Source: Octopus bimaculoides (lineage: Eukaryota). From it: a DNA stretch of 64,000 bases. Of this stretch, positions 23,781 through 38,594 are shown piece after piece. A program made the translations under genes and the position numbers. Below the pieces are notes generated by a model that was given only the letters and a program-made list of their open reading frames with translations, was not told the DNA's origin and searched no databases. The stretch's first letter is position 1. Each line of letters opens with the position of its first letter. The stretch covers positions 105,612,059 to 105,676,058 of the forward strand of contig NC_068987.1 in NCBI RefSeq assembly GCF_001194135.2, read 5' to 3'.

Positions 23781-25684
23781 GGCATTCTGCTATCTGATGT
23801 AACGTTAGCAAACATGTCTATGATGGCCAACTTGTATGTTTTTATGGTGACCTTTTACACTGGACGACATAACTTGGGTCCCTACCTGCTGCTACCAGGT
23901 CAACTGCTACAATATCTTCTGCCCTGTGTTTTAAGAAGGTTGTTATTTGTCTGTCGCCTCTTGTATGCCTTACATCTGCATATTACATTTTTATGGGCGT
24001 AGAAAATGGAATGTTACGTGAGGTTAGTATATGTGCATCTATCACTCAAGTTTGCTTTGTTTTAAAAATTTTACTGACGACACCTTGCAGAGCATGATGT
24101 TTCTCGCGTTTGCCTTTCAGCAGATTAAGCTTTCTTCCCAGCATTCTTGTTGAGATTTGTACATGATAGTCATACCATTTAGTTACGTACAACTATGAAA
24201 AAACGTAAATGTGCAAACTGGAAGTTCGTCCCAGTCCGTCCGTGCATGGAATATCTTTAAATTAGACTTATAGAGGATTGGAATTCTGTTATTTAACCTA
24301 TATTCATTTTTATTTCTGTCCTGTGCTTGTTTATTTGACAGCTCAATATTCCTTCACCTTTGTTGTTGTACTTGCATTATGATTTTGTCTTATTTAATAT
24401 CTTCCATATTTGTTATTATTAACTTGATCAATCAGAATTTATACGGGACCTGTGGGATTTCTTTTACCAATGTATTCATTGTTCGTGTTTCACTATCATC
24501 CTCTTTCATAATGGCATTCCATAAGTTCAAATACGGTTTAATGAGGGTGTAAGAATGAATAAATTTGCTCTTTTATATCTGTTGATGCTATCAAGCCACA
24601 CAATCTTCCAGGGCATCAGCAATAAAAATGTTACCAAACGCTCATTTAGTAAATGCACTAACTCTACTGTACTTCTGAATCCATTCGCTCCTTCTGGAAT
24701 GCCAATACATGTTCTAAGTCTGAACACTGGAGTTGTGGTATATTCAGTTTCCATCAAAACTGTGTTGAAACTTCGATAAGAAATACCATAACTTAACGAC
24801 GACTTTTGATAACTCGTCGTTGACAAATAGAATTGGAATGGTTCTAAGTGACACAAATGTATGATTTTATAGAGGAAATATCGAATTTCTACTATGTTAT
24901 ATAACTGTGAATAAAGCAGAAAATAATACTTTCTAGGGCTTTAGAATCATTGGACCTTAAAGCTCCAGAAGAAGGTTAAACGACAAAGAATGACAGCCAC
25001 TCTAAGCGTTGTGTACAATGTGCATCAATATTTTCAATATTTCCATTGTATAAATTTTCCAATCTTATTAACTGGTCTTCTAATATTTTCAGTTCAATTT
25101 ACATCTGCGAGTTATGTGTAATATTTATTACATTGTTGTTAAAACTATAAGTTATGTAAATATTAATTTTTCAATAATAACTATATGTTGTTTAGCTAAG
25201 CATCATAAAACACTTTTACATTATGAAAAAAATTATGAAGATACATAAATTTATGCATTAAATGAAAATATGAAATGCATAATAAAATGTGGAATTTCCA
25301 TCGGTGCTGGTAATAAATAATTATGAAGAACAAGAAAAAAGTAACGAATTGCGATATATAGCTTTCTTGTGTGTTGCAAAATTTACCCTGTTTCAGGTAT
25401 TGTAAAACGCCAGAGAATAATTTATTTCGACGCCAAAATAAATTTTAGCTAAATCAAAAATTGAAATACGTGATTTACTTGTGACAAAAATTCATACGTT
25501 GAAAACATGAAACTGTAATTGACAAAAGACTGTGTGTTACCCTGATATTTATATGTAAATCAGATGATCTAATTCGATTCGTGTTATATGTGATTATTAG
25601 AAAGTAGTTTTAGTGGGATACAGCAACGCAAATATGGTTGCTGCCATTCTTTAATATAATATAACATAAATATCTAACTATCTA

Positions 25685-25900
25685 AAAGCGGTGAGCTGGC
25701 AGAATCATTTGCACGATGGACAAAATGCTACCCGATGCTACCCGGCATTTCGTCCGTCTTTACGTTCTTCTTTCGAATTCCGCTGAGGTCAACTTCGTCT
25801 GTTATCCTTTCGAGGTCGATAGAATAAATACCAGTTGAGCTCTGGGGTCGATGTAATCGACTAATCCTTCCTCCGAAATTGCTGGCCCTGACCCCAAATT
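25685..25900 (+). mobile_element. SINE family 1
   Basis: Head aaagcggtgagctggcagaatc and body ctggggtcgatgtaatcgactaatcc. Confidence 0.85.
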
Positions 25901-25927
25901 AAAAAATTAGGGTTAGGGTTTGTATTC

Positions 25928-25960
<33 letters not shown>

Positions 25961-25984
25961 TGTATGTATGTATGTATGTGTCTG

Positions 25985-26040
<56 letters not shown>
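25928..26040. repeat. Compound (ATGT)n-(ATCT)n microsatellite
   Basis: Direct read. Confidence 0.95.
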
Positions 26041-26289
26041 AACGAAAACTCATACATATACTCAAATTATCGACTTCTTTTAAAAGCTTAGACTCTGCGA
26101 GATGAGATTGTTTGGCATTCATTCGCTTGTGAATGGTATTAACGACATTAACTGTAAGGGTTTACAACAAAAAATAAATAAATAAAATAAAATGTTCGTG
26201 GGTTCAACGAGCAGAAATTTTACCAATAATTTGCTGCAATTTCTCTCTCTACTTCTTTCTCTTCCTCTTCCTTCCTCTCTCTGTATACA

Positions 26290-26390
26290 TACACACACAC
26301 GCACGCACACACGCACGCACGCACGCACGCATGCACTCACGCACGCACGCACTCACGCACGCACGCACTCACGCACGCACGCACGCAAAC
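26290..26390. repeat. (GCAC)n/(CA)n compound repeat
   Basis: Direct read. Confidence 0.9.
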
Positions 26391-27740
26391 TCACATAGAG
26401 ATACATACGCATGACCCTGTCAGACACGAACACATACATACACATAAATCAAACAAAAAAGACAATCCGCCTTCTATACGCACATACATACACAATCTCT
26501 TTTTCTCTTATCCCTACATACATTAAATTCTAACTTTAGTAGACTCAAATGCCTACATCTGTAGGGAAGATTTAAGGTCTATTGATCGAACCAGTATATA
26601 ACAAGTATTTTATCAACTCCTGGAAGTAATAGATGAAAGGTAATTTCAAACCTGGCGAGTGTTTGAAGGCAAAGCCTCAAAGGGACATAATCAAATACTA
26701 CTTCACCATGCAGTCTGACATTGTATGCTTTCTGCCAACGGTTTCTTTTCTTAAGTACGTACTGTCAACGTGAATGAGATTAGATATAGATATGATTTAG
26801 AATTGGTTCAGAGTTTGTGTTAAATAAGAATAAGAATTGCAGTTAAGTGGAGATAAGTCTTATACTCGAAAATGTGTTAGACAGGACAGCCAATGCTAGG
26901 CAGGCCTAGTAAGATAACATACTAGAAATTGATAGAAAGAAGGAAAGAAAAGAAAATGTAAAACACATATACACAAAGGCACAAATATATTTTTACAAAG
27001 AGAGAGAAAAAATAAAATGAAGAAAAATATCTAGAAAATATTGTAGTAAAATCAGAAAAAGTAATGAAAGAAATCAACAAACAAATAGATAAAGAAGACA
27101 ATAAGATAATAAAGGAATATTTTATCTGCATCGATGATTGCATCTTCCATCTGCCGCCATATATTCACACTATCGCCCCGATATCTACAACTACTACCAC
27201 CACCAATAGCATCAGACTCCTCTAATATCATTAAAAAGCAGAGAAAAAGATAAAGACAATAATTAAAAAAGGAAAAATTACAAATAGAAAGGGAAAACAA
27301 ACCAAATTTTAAAAGCAAGTCCAAACAAAAATTCACTTGACGCCACCTTACTGTCAATTGATCATTTGCAAATGAACGACAATCACGTTAAATTGAGATG
27401 TTTATTATTACTAGTTATTATAGAAAGGTGAACCTTCGACCGTATCATATCGATTATCGACACAAACATTCGCTGATTGATTAGTGTTGACTCTCTATTT
27501 AAACAGAAAGAAAAAAATAGAGATAAAAATATGTCTGCTCTATTCTTACGGATCGTCTGCTTTCAGTGAAAATATATTCGCGAGGTTTATTTGTAAGAGG
27601 GAGAGAATGAATCTGGTTGAAGGTTGAGTTGTGTGGAATATGGGAGTGTAATTTATGCACAATTATTTTATTGTTGAAGGCAATCTATATACACACACGT
27701 ACGCTTATCTTTTTTGTGTGTGTGTGTATACATACATACA

Positions 27741-27776
<36 letters not shown>

Positions 27777-27823
27777 TTTAAATTATCAAGTTATGTATAT
27801 GTATAAATATGTGCATGAATACA

Positions 27824-27860
<37 letters not shown>

Positions 27861-28236
27861 NNNNNNNNNNNNNNNNNNNNNNNNNNNNNNNNNNNNNNNN
27901 NNNNNNNNNNNNNNNNNNNNNNNNNNNNNNNNNNNNNNNNNNNNNNNNNNNNNNNNNNNNNNNNNNNNNNNNNNNNNNNNNNNNNNNNNNNNNNNNNNNN
28001 NNNNNNNNNNNNNNNNNNNNNNNNNNNNNNNNNNNNNNNNNNNNNNNNNNNNNNNNNNNNNNNNNNNNNNNNNNNNNNNNNNNNNNNNNNNNNNNNNNNN
28101 NNNNNNNNNNNNNNNNNNNNNNNNNNNNNNNNNNNNNNNNNNNNNNNNNNNNNNNNNNNNNNNNNNNNNNNNNNNNNNNNNNNNNNNNNNNNNNNNNNNN
28201 NNNNNNNNNNNNNNNNNNNNNNNNNNNNNNNNNNNN

Positions 28237-28290
<54 letters not shown>

Positions 28291-28619
28291 GTTTTGTCCT
28301 GTATACAGACATATAAATACCTACAAATTTCCATATAAATATTGATGCAGAGAATAGATGATTATGCCAATAATTTACGTATATACGAATAAATGTGAAT
28401 ATTTGTATGTATACAAACATCAAGTCATACATACATATATATGTCCATAAATATACACATATGTATGTTATGATACGTAAATGTATTTGAAAGAGACATA
28501 TATTCATGCATATAAATATATAGTCACAAATAATCAATGTACACATCAAGAGATAATTATTCCGATAAATTGACTGATTGATTAATGCATTCATACATCC
28601 ACACATACAACCTTACACA

Positions 28620-28723
28620 GACATACATACGTAAATACATACATACATACATACGTAAATACATACATACATACGTAAATACATACATACATACATACGT
28701 AAATACATACATACATACATACT
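28620..28723. repeat. (CATA)n with a periodic cgtaaata interruption (higher-order unit of 20-24 bp)
   Basis: catacatac(atac)gtaaata is repeated four times. Confidence 0.85.
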
Positions 28724-29740
28724 TACATCTTCATCGATGTATAGGAAAATCCTGCTAGATGTATCGATGTGTTTTGTCAACATTATACCTTGTAACATTT
28801 CCTTTCTATCCTGGTTGTCTATACATGAAAACGCATATATATGCATACAAGCACACTTATTTCTGTACACACACACACATTCATATATATATATATATGC
28901 ATAGCGGAAAACATATACATATGTAGAAAACATTCACGTGTATATATTTATGTTCGAGAATATATTTCTGCATGTATATATTTGTGAATATATTTCACGT
29001 CTATATTTGTGTGTGTGTGTTTGTGACAAAAGGATTACTTGAGGCTTATCTGAGTGTCTGTATGTATATGTTGTGTATGTGATTGTGAATTCTCTTCGGA
29101 TAATATGTTGCGAACTTGGCCTTAGTATAAATTTATATATGTATATGAGTTTTTGAGGGCCTTAAGGTGCCGGCATGAGTTGACTTAATGGTTATTTGTA
29201 TATGAATGAATGGCCATTTGTAATGTGTACAACTGAAATTTGAAAGGATATGTAGATAATCACGTACCAATTTGTATAGATACCAACGTATTATATCGTC
29301 ATTATTTAGACGGCTCAATCTTTACTAATCTCTATAACCAACGACTAAACCAAATAAAGATCGTTTCCACTGCGTGGTATCTTAAAATGTTATACTCTAC
29401 CGTAGCATTGGGTTAATTCAGAAAATGTGAGTGAATTTAGGTAGACGGAAACTTCATAGAAACCTGTCCGCTGGATTGTATCTGAAATTCAAAGACATAA
29501 CCTTGCCATACTGATTCCGTAGGGAATTACGTTAAGCGTACACGTGTGGTGAAAATCTTTCAAAACAAGCGTTATATTAAAAATTCGATTATTTCGAAAA
29601 TTCTCATCATGGATAGCTCTTAGTTTGGATTCAAATCTAGCAGTACATGCTCTTCTATCCTGGAACACTAATGCAGTTATGGAACTACCATAAATTCGAC
29701 TTTATTATCATATTATTTACTTAGGACCACTATATTTTTA

Positions 29741-29798
<58 letters not shown>

Positions 29799-30491
29799 NN
29801 NNNNNNNNNNNNNNNNNNNNNNNNNNNNNNNNNNNNNNNNNNNNNNNNNNNNNNNNNNNNNNNNNNNNNNNNNNNNNNNNNNNNNNNNNNNNNNNNNNNN
29901 NNNNNNNNNNNNNNNNNNNNNNNNNNNNNNNNNNNNNNNNNNNNNNNNNNNNNNNNNNNNNNNNNNNNNNNNNNNNNNNNNNNNNNNNNNNNNNNNNNNN
30001 NNNNNNNNNNNNNNNNNNNNNNNNNNNNNNNNNNNNNNNNNNNNNNNNNNNNNNNNNNNNNNNNNNNNNNNNNNNNNNNNNNNNNNNNNNNNNNNNNNNN
30101 NNNNNNNNNNNNNNNNNNNNNNNNNNNNNNNNNNNNNNNNNNNNNNNNNNNNNNNNNNNNNNNNNNNNNNNNNNNNNNNNNNNNNNNNNNNNNNNNNNNN
30201 NNNNNNNNNNNNNNNNNNNNNNNNNNNNNNNNNNNNNNNNNNNNNNNNNNNNNNNNNNNNNNNNNNNNNNNNNNNNNNNNNNNNNNNNNNNNNNNNNNNN
30301 NNNNNNNNNNNNNNNNNNNNNNNNNNNNNNNNNNNNNNNNNNNNNNNNNNNNNNNNNNNNNNNNNNNNNNNNNNNNNNNNNNNNNNNNNNNNNNNNNNNN
30401 NNNNNNNNNNNNNNNNNNNNNNNNNNNNNNNNNNNNNNNNNNNNNNNNNNNNNNNNNNNNNNNNNNNNNNNNNNNNNNNNNNNNNNNNNNN

Positions 30492-30529
<38 letters not shown>

Positions 30530-31315
30530 GTAAAATGTAATGCAAATGGATAATTGGATACTTAGCGTTAAATAGCCAGTGTGAAATAACATAAGATATT
30601 TAATAAGCACAACGTCAAAGTCATGTTTATGTGAGCAGAGAACGTCTGTAGTATAATTCTGGGCAAACAAAACAGTGCCAGGGTAAATCTGATCATTTGA
30701 TTACAAATGTGTTTAGATAATAGTGAATAAAGATGAGTTATACCAGTATGTATGATAGTACTTTCATAAACCGTTTTCATAACCATACGCCCAATAACAG
30801 GAATAAGGTGAAAAATGAAATGTTACGACTTTACTGAATCAAGTTTGGAGACAAAAGGGTGTATAAAGGAACAGCTTAAATATTGATTTTTAACAATCAA
30901 ATGCATCACACCATACATAAACGGAACGAAGGCATTGTAAATAATGTAATGCTGAGAAATAATAAATATTCACTGAGCAATCCGATAACTCTAAATAAAG
31001 TAATGTAATGTATATAAAACAAAATAAAAGAGACTCCTCCACTTGAATAAGTTCTACATCATAAATTATAAAAATGAAACCCAATTGTTCTATCAGACAT
31101 AAATAAGCATCTCCTCTTCCGTAGACAGTCAGTGTTACAGAAACACAAAATCTCTTCTTCACTCTAAGCATAAGAAATATCGCTTAAAATTATTTAAAAT
31201 GCTGAAGATCACTAGTTTGATGGAAACTTTGAGAATTTGCAAAATCAAAACAAATAAGTAAATTTTCTGTACAAATATGCGCAGACATGCACGTACACAC
31301 ACGTGCTTGCACACT

Positions 31316-31400
31316 CACACACATGGTCACGCACGCACGCACACACACATGGTCACGCACGCGCGCACACACACATGGTCACGCACGCACGCACACACAC
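31316..31400. repeat. 26-bp tandem repeat, three copies
   Basis: atggtc starts at 31323, 31349 and 31375. Confidence 0.9.
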
Positions 31401-31544
31401 ACTGCATATCAGATATATTTCAAGAAAGAATGCTTTTCGAAATGTGTGCAGCAGAAATATAAAATGCGATAGATAAGTCGAATCTATAGCAGAAGGAGAG
31501 AAAGAAACAAGCATATAGATAGAGGAGAGTGAGCGAAAGAGGGT

Positions 31545-31581
31545 GGGAGAGAGAGCGAGAGAGAGAGAGAGAGAGAGAGGA

Positions 31582-31642
<61 letters not shown>

Positions 31643-31650
31643 GGGAGAGA
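31545..31650. repeat. (GA)n microsatellite
   Basis: Direct read. Confidence 0.95.
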
Positions 31651-31769
31651 AGCAGGGAAGTAGAGACGTGAAATGATGGTGAATGATAAGCTTATAATTA
31701 GTTAAACAACGGAATGAATAGCTATAGCTACTAATTAGCAAGAATATGTGACGATGTTGCTGCTGCTAA

Positions 31770-32080
31770 TTATGATGATGGCAGTGATGATGATGATGAT
31801 GTCGGCGACAACAACAATGATGTGGATGATGATAATGAGTAGTAGAATGTGATTAAGCGGATGATGGACATGGTGCGGTGCTCATGATGATGAGACCACC
31901 GACATTGGTGATAAAGATGATGAAAGCTTAATCCTAAACCGTTAAATTCCTACCATTCATCATCATCATCATCATCGTCGTCATCATCATCACCGTCATC
32001 ACGTGCGCAGCCGACATCATTACTATCTTCATAATAGCGAAAATAACAACAGCAGTAGCTGGCTACCACAACACGGCATT

Positions 32081-32115
<35 letters not shown>

Positions 32116-32138
32116 CAACAAAAATAACAACAATAATG

Positions 32139-32200
<62 letters not shown>

Positions 32201-32397
32201 AACAACAACAACAATAATGATAATAATAATAGTAACAAAAACAACAACAATAATGATGATGATGATGATAATAATAATAATACTAATTTCTTTATTATTA
32301 ATTATAAAAATAATATCGCAGTCGTACTTGATTGGCAAGTGACTTGATGATTATAATAATGTTATTCATATTGTTTATATTATTACTATAATGGGTA

Positions 32398-32458
<61 letters not shown>

Positions 32459-33060
32459 TAATAATAATGATAATAATGATAATAATAATAACAAAAATAA
32501 TAGCAACATCAACAATAATAATGATAATAATAATAATTACAATCATTATCATCCACGTTGTTATTATTATCATTGTAATGGTGTTCTAGTTATGGGTGGT
32601 GGTGGTAGTGGTGTTGGTGGGTTTTTAAATGTAGTTTTTATGCTATTATATTGATTTCTCTTTCTATTTCGGCATTCAGCATCTTAATTAATTTTCTACT
32701 TATCACTTTGATTTACGTTTTTTTTCTTCATATTTTTTGAAATACCTCCTACTCCCCTTCCTCGTTCTTCTCATTATCCTCCTTCACTTTCTCCTCCTGC
32801 TCATCACCATCACCATCGTCATCATCGACATCGTCGTCGTCATCATCATCATTTACACCACCACCACCAACAACAATAACAAAAGCAAGAAGAAGAAGAA
32901 GATCAACAACAACAACAGCAACACCAGCTTCACAACCACCTTCATCATCGTCAACGTCATCATCAACATGATCAACGCCATCGTCGTGTATAGAGTTATA
33001 ATGATAGAAGTATTAGTAGCTGTGGTAGTTGATGTTGTTTAGGTTGTTGCTGTTGTTGTA
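31770..33060. repeat. 1.3-kb compound trinucleotide field (GAT/CAT/AAT/AAC/CAC)
   Basis: Direct read; source of the poly-N/I/L pseudo-ORFs. Confidence 0.9.
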
Positions 33061-35139
33061 ATTATAATTTCAATTGACGTTATCTTTATTATTAATTACT
33101 ATTCATAGGCACCATCATAGTCTGGTAGCTTAAGCTCTCCATCTACCATTGAAACAACATGATATAAGTTCCCAGTTCGAAATGGTTCGTTCCTTTACGC
33201 CAATGGTTCTATGGAATATTGACGGAAACAAAGCGATTCCTCTGTATAACTTCGATTCATTTGTTAAATTCGTATTATTTACGTCATTAAGCCTTTTTAC
33301 AAATTACTCTCCTTCGATTGAATGACTAAGGGATCTTTTATGCATGAGTGCTTTTCCCTTAATTATTCATTTGGTCTTAGTCATTCATCCTTAATATTTC
33401 TGAAGACGAGAAGATTAGAATGTGGAAACGTAGTAGCAGGATGAAACACTTTCTGTGCAACCCCACTTTAGTTTCTCAAATCATTTCTGATACAGAATAC
33501 TGTACACCTAATTGAATGGTGCTAGGCCTTAGTGAGCGATCTTGAGCATGATGGTCCCAAGCAGACTGGTCTAAATCGCACTATTTGAAGCGCCACGTTC
33601 TGAGCGACTTTACCTTGACCACTTCCACTGCAGCTACAACCAATGCAAACCTTCGGACATAGACACGACAAACGATAAAGAGCCATATATGGAAACTATC
33701 ACGCTACTTTCCATAAGATTCACCAAAATACGTTCAAATGTGCAGAAATGTTGTATCTGTGATTTAAACCGAGTCGTTTTGACCGAATAGTTACATAACA
33801 CATGACTATTAGATGTTGGCTGACCTGGCGCGATACAGCAGCTTGGGAATAGGATTTTTATCATTCTTATCAAATCATTTCACTGTTCTATTAATGACCG
33901 TTCTGTAGGCCCGCAGCAATACATTTTCTATTGCTTAGTAAGGATTTAGTAGCCAGCAAGCAATTCGATCGATAATACATAGGGATTTCATATTGAAAGT
34001 TAACTTCTTAATGACGATACCCAGTAAGTGGGAAACGTATTCTGAGTTGTCTCACATAGTTATAATATCCTTCAAATAATATATTTTTTCTTAATCCACA
34101 CGGAATCTTATTTCAGCATTTTTATGTTCCAAGATATAAAAATGGTTTCAGGTACTTGAATATTTTTCATGAGGTTAACATATCAGAATACTTAATATTT
34201 ATATAATTATTTTTCTTTAACCAACAAAGATTTTCTGTTAAGGAAGCTGTAAGATTTTGCACAAAGACTCTGCTTTGAGTGCGCTACATCTGTTGCTGAT
34301 AACGTGATTTGGGTTTCCTAGTCATTCATTAATTGATTTGACGCTCTGTACTCGCCGAACGCTTTACCATATATATATATATATATATCAGCATAAACAT
34401 ACATATATATATATANNNNNNNNNNNNNNNNNNNNNNNNNNNNNNNNNNNNNNNNNNNNNNNNNNNNNNNNNNNNNNNNNNNNNNNNNNNNNNNNNNNNN
34501 NNNNNNNNNNNNNNNNNNNNNNNNNNNNNNNNNNNNNNNNNNNNNNNNNNNNNNNNNNNNNNNNNNNNNNNNNNNNNNNNNNNNNNNNNNNNNNNNNNNN
34601 NNNNNNNNNNNNNNNNNNNNNNNNNNNNNNNNNNNNNNNNNNNNNNNNNNNNNNNNNNNNNNNNNNNNNNNNNNNNNNNNNNNNNNNNNNNNNNNNNNNN
34701 NNNNNNNNNNNNNNNNNNNNNNNNNNNNNNNNNNNNNNNNNNNNNNNNNNNNNNNNNNNNNNNNNNNNNNNNNNNNNNNNNNNNNNNNNNNNNNNNNNNN
34801 NNNNNNNNNNNNNNNNNNNNNNNNNNNNNNNNNNNNNNNNNNNNNNNNNNNNNNNNNNNNNNNNNNNNNNNNNNNNNNNNNNNNNNNNNNNNNNNNNNNN
34901 NNNNNNNNNNNNNNNNNNNNNNNNNNNNNNNNNNNNNNNNNNNNNNNNNNNNNNNNNNNNNNNNNNNNNNNNNNNNNNNNNNNNNNNNNNNNNNNNNNNN
35001 NNNNNNNNNNNNNNNNNNNNNNNNNNNNNNNNNNNNNNNNNNNNNNNNNNNNNNNNNNNNNNNNNNNNNNNNNNNNNNNNNNNNNNNNNNNNNNNNNNNN
35101 NNNNNNNNNNNNNNNNNNNNNNNNNNNNNNNNNNNNNNN

Positions 35140-35171
<32 letters not shown>

Positions 35172-35173
<2 letters not shown>

Positions 35174-35790
35174 AGGAGGAAACTCTGAAAATATCATATG
35201 CCCTTCCGTCGGGCGACTCCCTAGTGTCGTCCAACAATACCAGAGACCTTGGAGTAATTGTTGAATACAGTCTAAGCTGCAGTTCCCACGTAAACAGCAA
35301 GGTTGACTTGGCCCGCAGGATGTGCTCCTGGATTCTGAGAACTTTCCGGTTTAGAGATGCCTACATCATCATCCTTCGCTACTCTACTTTTGTCCGACCC
35401 CACCTTGAATACTGTTGTCCACTGTGGTCTCCCCATACGAAGCAACTTATTATGAAAGTAGAAGCACTCCAGAGGTCAATAACAAGAAAGATAGACGGCA
35501 CGGGAGGCATTGATTATTGGGGTCGACTAAAAAAACTCAATCTCTACTCTCTCCAACATCGCTGGGAGCGCTACATCATTTCTGTGATATGGAAAATATT
35601 CCATCAATATTACACAAATGATGTTGGCATCAATTTTAAAATCCATCCAAGACTTGGCCCCCCCGTACTATCCGCCCACTACAAAAATCGAGCTCAGTAC
35701 GCATAGTGGATGTAGGTATTTTCAAATCAAAACTGGACTAGTTCCTGTCGAGAGTCCCAGATGAACCTACCTCGCGGCAAGAAGTAGAGT
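35172..35790 (+). mobile_element. CR1/L2-group LINE fragment (RT C-terminal region)
   Basis: ORF 35224-35706: RDLGVIV...SSHVNSKV...YSTFVRPHLEYCCPLWSPH...LQRSITRKI...LKKLNLYSLQHRWER. These are the KDLGV, RPHLEY and W-S-P motifs of CR1-like RT. Bounded by gaps. Confidence 0.9.
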
Positions 35791-36512
35791 CTTAGCTCTT
35801 GCAACCTTTCCCAGTAGCTGAGTTGTTGCAATGAGACAATCTTCTTTGTGANNNNNNNNNNNNNNNNNNNNNNNNNNNNNNNNNNNNNNNNNNNNNNNNN
35901 NNNNNNNNNNNNNNNNNNNNNNNNNNNNNNNNNNNNNNNNNNNNNNNNNNNNNNNNNNNNNNNNNNNNNNNNNNNNNNNNNNNNNNNNNNNNNNNNNNNN
36001 NNNNNNNNNNNNNNNNNNNNNNNNNNNNNNNNNNNNNNNNNNNNNNNNNNNNNNNNNNNNNNNNNNNNNNNNNNNNNNNNNNNNNNNNNNNNNNNNNNNN
36101 NNNNNNNNNNNNNNNNNNNNNNNNNNNNNNNNNNNNNNNNNNNNNNNNNNNNNNNNNNNNNNNNNNNNNNNNNNNNNNNNNNNNNNNNNNNNNNNNNNNN
36201 NNNNNNNNNNNNNNNNNNNNNNNNNNNNNNNNNNNNNNNNNNNNNNNNNNNNNNNNNNNNNNNNNNNNNNNNNNNNNNNNNNNNNNNNNNNNNNNATATA
36301 TATGTATTTATTCGGATACGTGTCTATACATAAATCTGTCCGATACATACATATACCCAGATACGACAATATATAAAATATTAGTGTATATAAAGAAATT
36401 TACAGGTTTGACATATATAGTCCTTCAAACATACGCACACTTACAAAGCACACATCACGACAGAAATAAAAACGCTAACGCATACACACCAATGATCGCG
36501 CGCATGCACACA

Positions 36513-36585
<73 letters not shown>

Positions 36586-37148
36586 AGAGACAGACACACA
36601 GAGACAGACACACTGACTCTCATGATTATGTAACATCACAGTCAATTAAACTTAGAGTGAGCTAAATAGGATTTGAACAGGTTAAAAGCTAAAAACGTCA
36701 AAACTATCGCTCTGAGAGAAGACCATTTCTAGTCCAATTATTCTAATAGCACTGTTACTGAAGAAGATGGTGCATGTGAAATGAAGAAGGCTACAAAAGT
36801 GGAGACAGCCTTTATTTTATGATAGCGGTGTATCTAGAGATTGGGTAAGCATCACAAAAATATCAGAATATAAACTTGAATAGATGATTTTATAATATTG
36901 TGATACATACATACGTACATACATACATCACAGTATATTTGAGGAAACACATTTTGCACGCATGCCTATGAGAGGGCTATAGAGCAAGTGAGAGAGAGAA
37001 AGAAAGATAGAGGAAACGAGGAGGGTGGAAGGCAGAGAGGGAGAGTGGTAGAGGCTGACATGCATGCATATACGTGTATACATACATTTATATAGACATA
37101 CACAAGTACACAAATATATATTAATATGCACACACATAGAAATATACA

Positions 37149-37204
<56 letters not shown>

Positions 37205-37483
37205 AGGACATTAATGTGATCAATAAGGATCAATACAATTTTAATTAAGTAACTAAACAAGTACTATTTTCGTTATAGATAAGAGTATGTGTGTTTTTAC
37301 GTGTTTGTATGTGAGTAGTAATGGCTGTGTTTGCAGCCATATTTGAACAAATCTCTAACAAACTCTCTAGCAGGGTGTGTGCTTGTATGTGTGTATATAT
37401 TTATGTATGTATGTATGCATGCATATAAGTACGTATGCATGTGTCTATGCTTGTATACATACACATATAAATATACACACATA

Positions 37484-37515
<32 letters not shown>

Positions 37516-37707
37516 NNNNNNNNNNNNNNNNNNNNNNNNNNNNNNNNNNNNNNNNNNNNNNNNNNNNNNNNNNNNNNNNNNNNNNNNNNNNNNNNNNNNN
37601 NNNNNNNNNNNNNNNNNNNNNNNNNNNNNNNNNNNNNNNNNNNNNNNNNNNNNNNNNNNNNNNNNNNNNNNNNNNNNNNNNNNNNNNNNNNNNNNNNNNN
37701 NNNNNNN

Positions 37708-37756
<49 letters not shown>

Positions 37757-38563
37757 GAGACATTCATATACATGAATATATGCATATATATTTACGACTA
37801 TACACTCAACACCCACACAACCACACACATATATCGGTATTTTTGCTTGTGTGAATCTGGGTGCGCGTGTGTGAATGTATGTTTTGCTGTATGTTTTAAC
37901 AAAATACATGTACAACATTTTGTTTTTACATAATTCAATGAATGGCAGTGAAAGCAGTAGGAGAGCAGTAAATAAATTAATGAAAAGAAAAGAAAAAAGA
38001 AACAAAAACAAAAACAAAACAGCAATAACAAATAATAAAATAAAAACGAATTTGTTTATTTTACCAGCATTGTTTTTGTATTGTTTAAATAGTAAAACGG
38101 ACGCCATTAGATATTAGTGCGTATCAGTTTATGATATTATGTATAGGAATATACGCTATACGTATATGAATATATGAGTACATGAATATATGCGAGAATA
38201 TGTCTGTTAGTGAGGTGTGACTCTTCCCGGCATGACTTTCGTCTCACAATTCATCAATGTTCATTATTTATCAGATAGTGGAACAGTTTTCGATAATTGT
38301 TTAGAAAGTTTCGTGTATTTATATGAGTGAGTTTGCCAGTGGTTTATATGTGTCTATATGTGTACGTTTGTATATATGAATTAGTGTATGCATGTATGTT
38401 TATGTTTGTCTCTCTCTCTATATGACTATATGTACGCATTTATGTATGCATATGTATGTATGTGTGTACGTACATATACATGTATGCATGTATGTATGGC
38501 AGTATGTACGCGTGTGTGTTTACCTATACGTGAATGTATATATGCCTTGTATATATCTCGATG

Positions 38564-38594
<31 letters not shown>

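Noticed and set aside
25907-25920. (TTAGGG)2 telomere-like motif
   Set aside because: Only two units at a SINE end; insufficient for an interstitial telomere or telomerase-healing claim.
26800-27360. Purine-rich unique segment with short Lys/Glu-rich frames
   Set aside because: Compositional bias explains the open frames; there are no coherent splice signals or homology.
31316-31400. 26-bp repeats as a possible CRISPR-like array
   Set aside because: Head-to-tail tandem units without spacers, in eukaryotic DNA with no cas genes.
33390-33440. ctgaaga...gaaacgta hammerhead-like string
   Set aside because: Neither stem I nor stem II pairs.
36733-36844. Plus-strand segment ending in a strong donor TGG|gtaagc
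   Set aside because: Stop codons occur in every frame between acceptor and donor.
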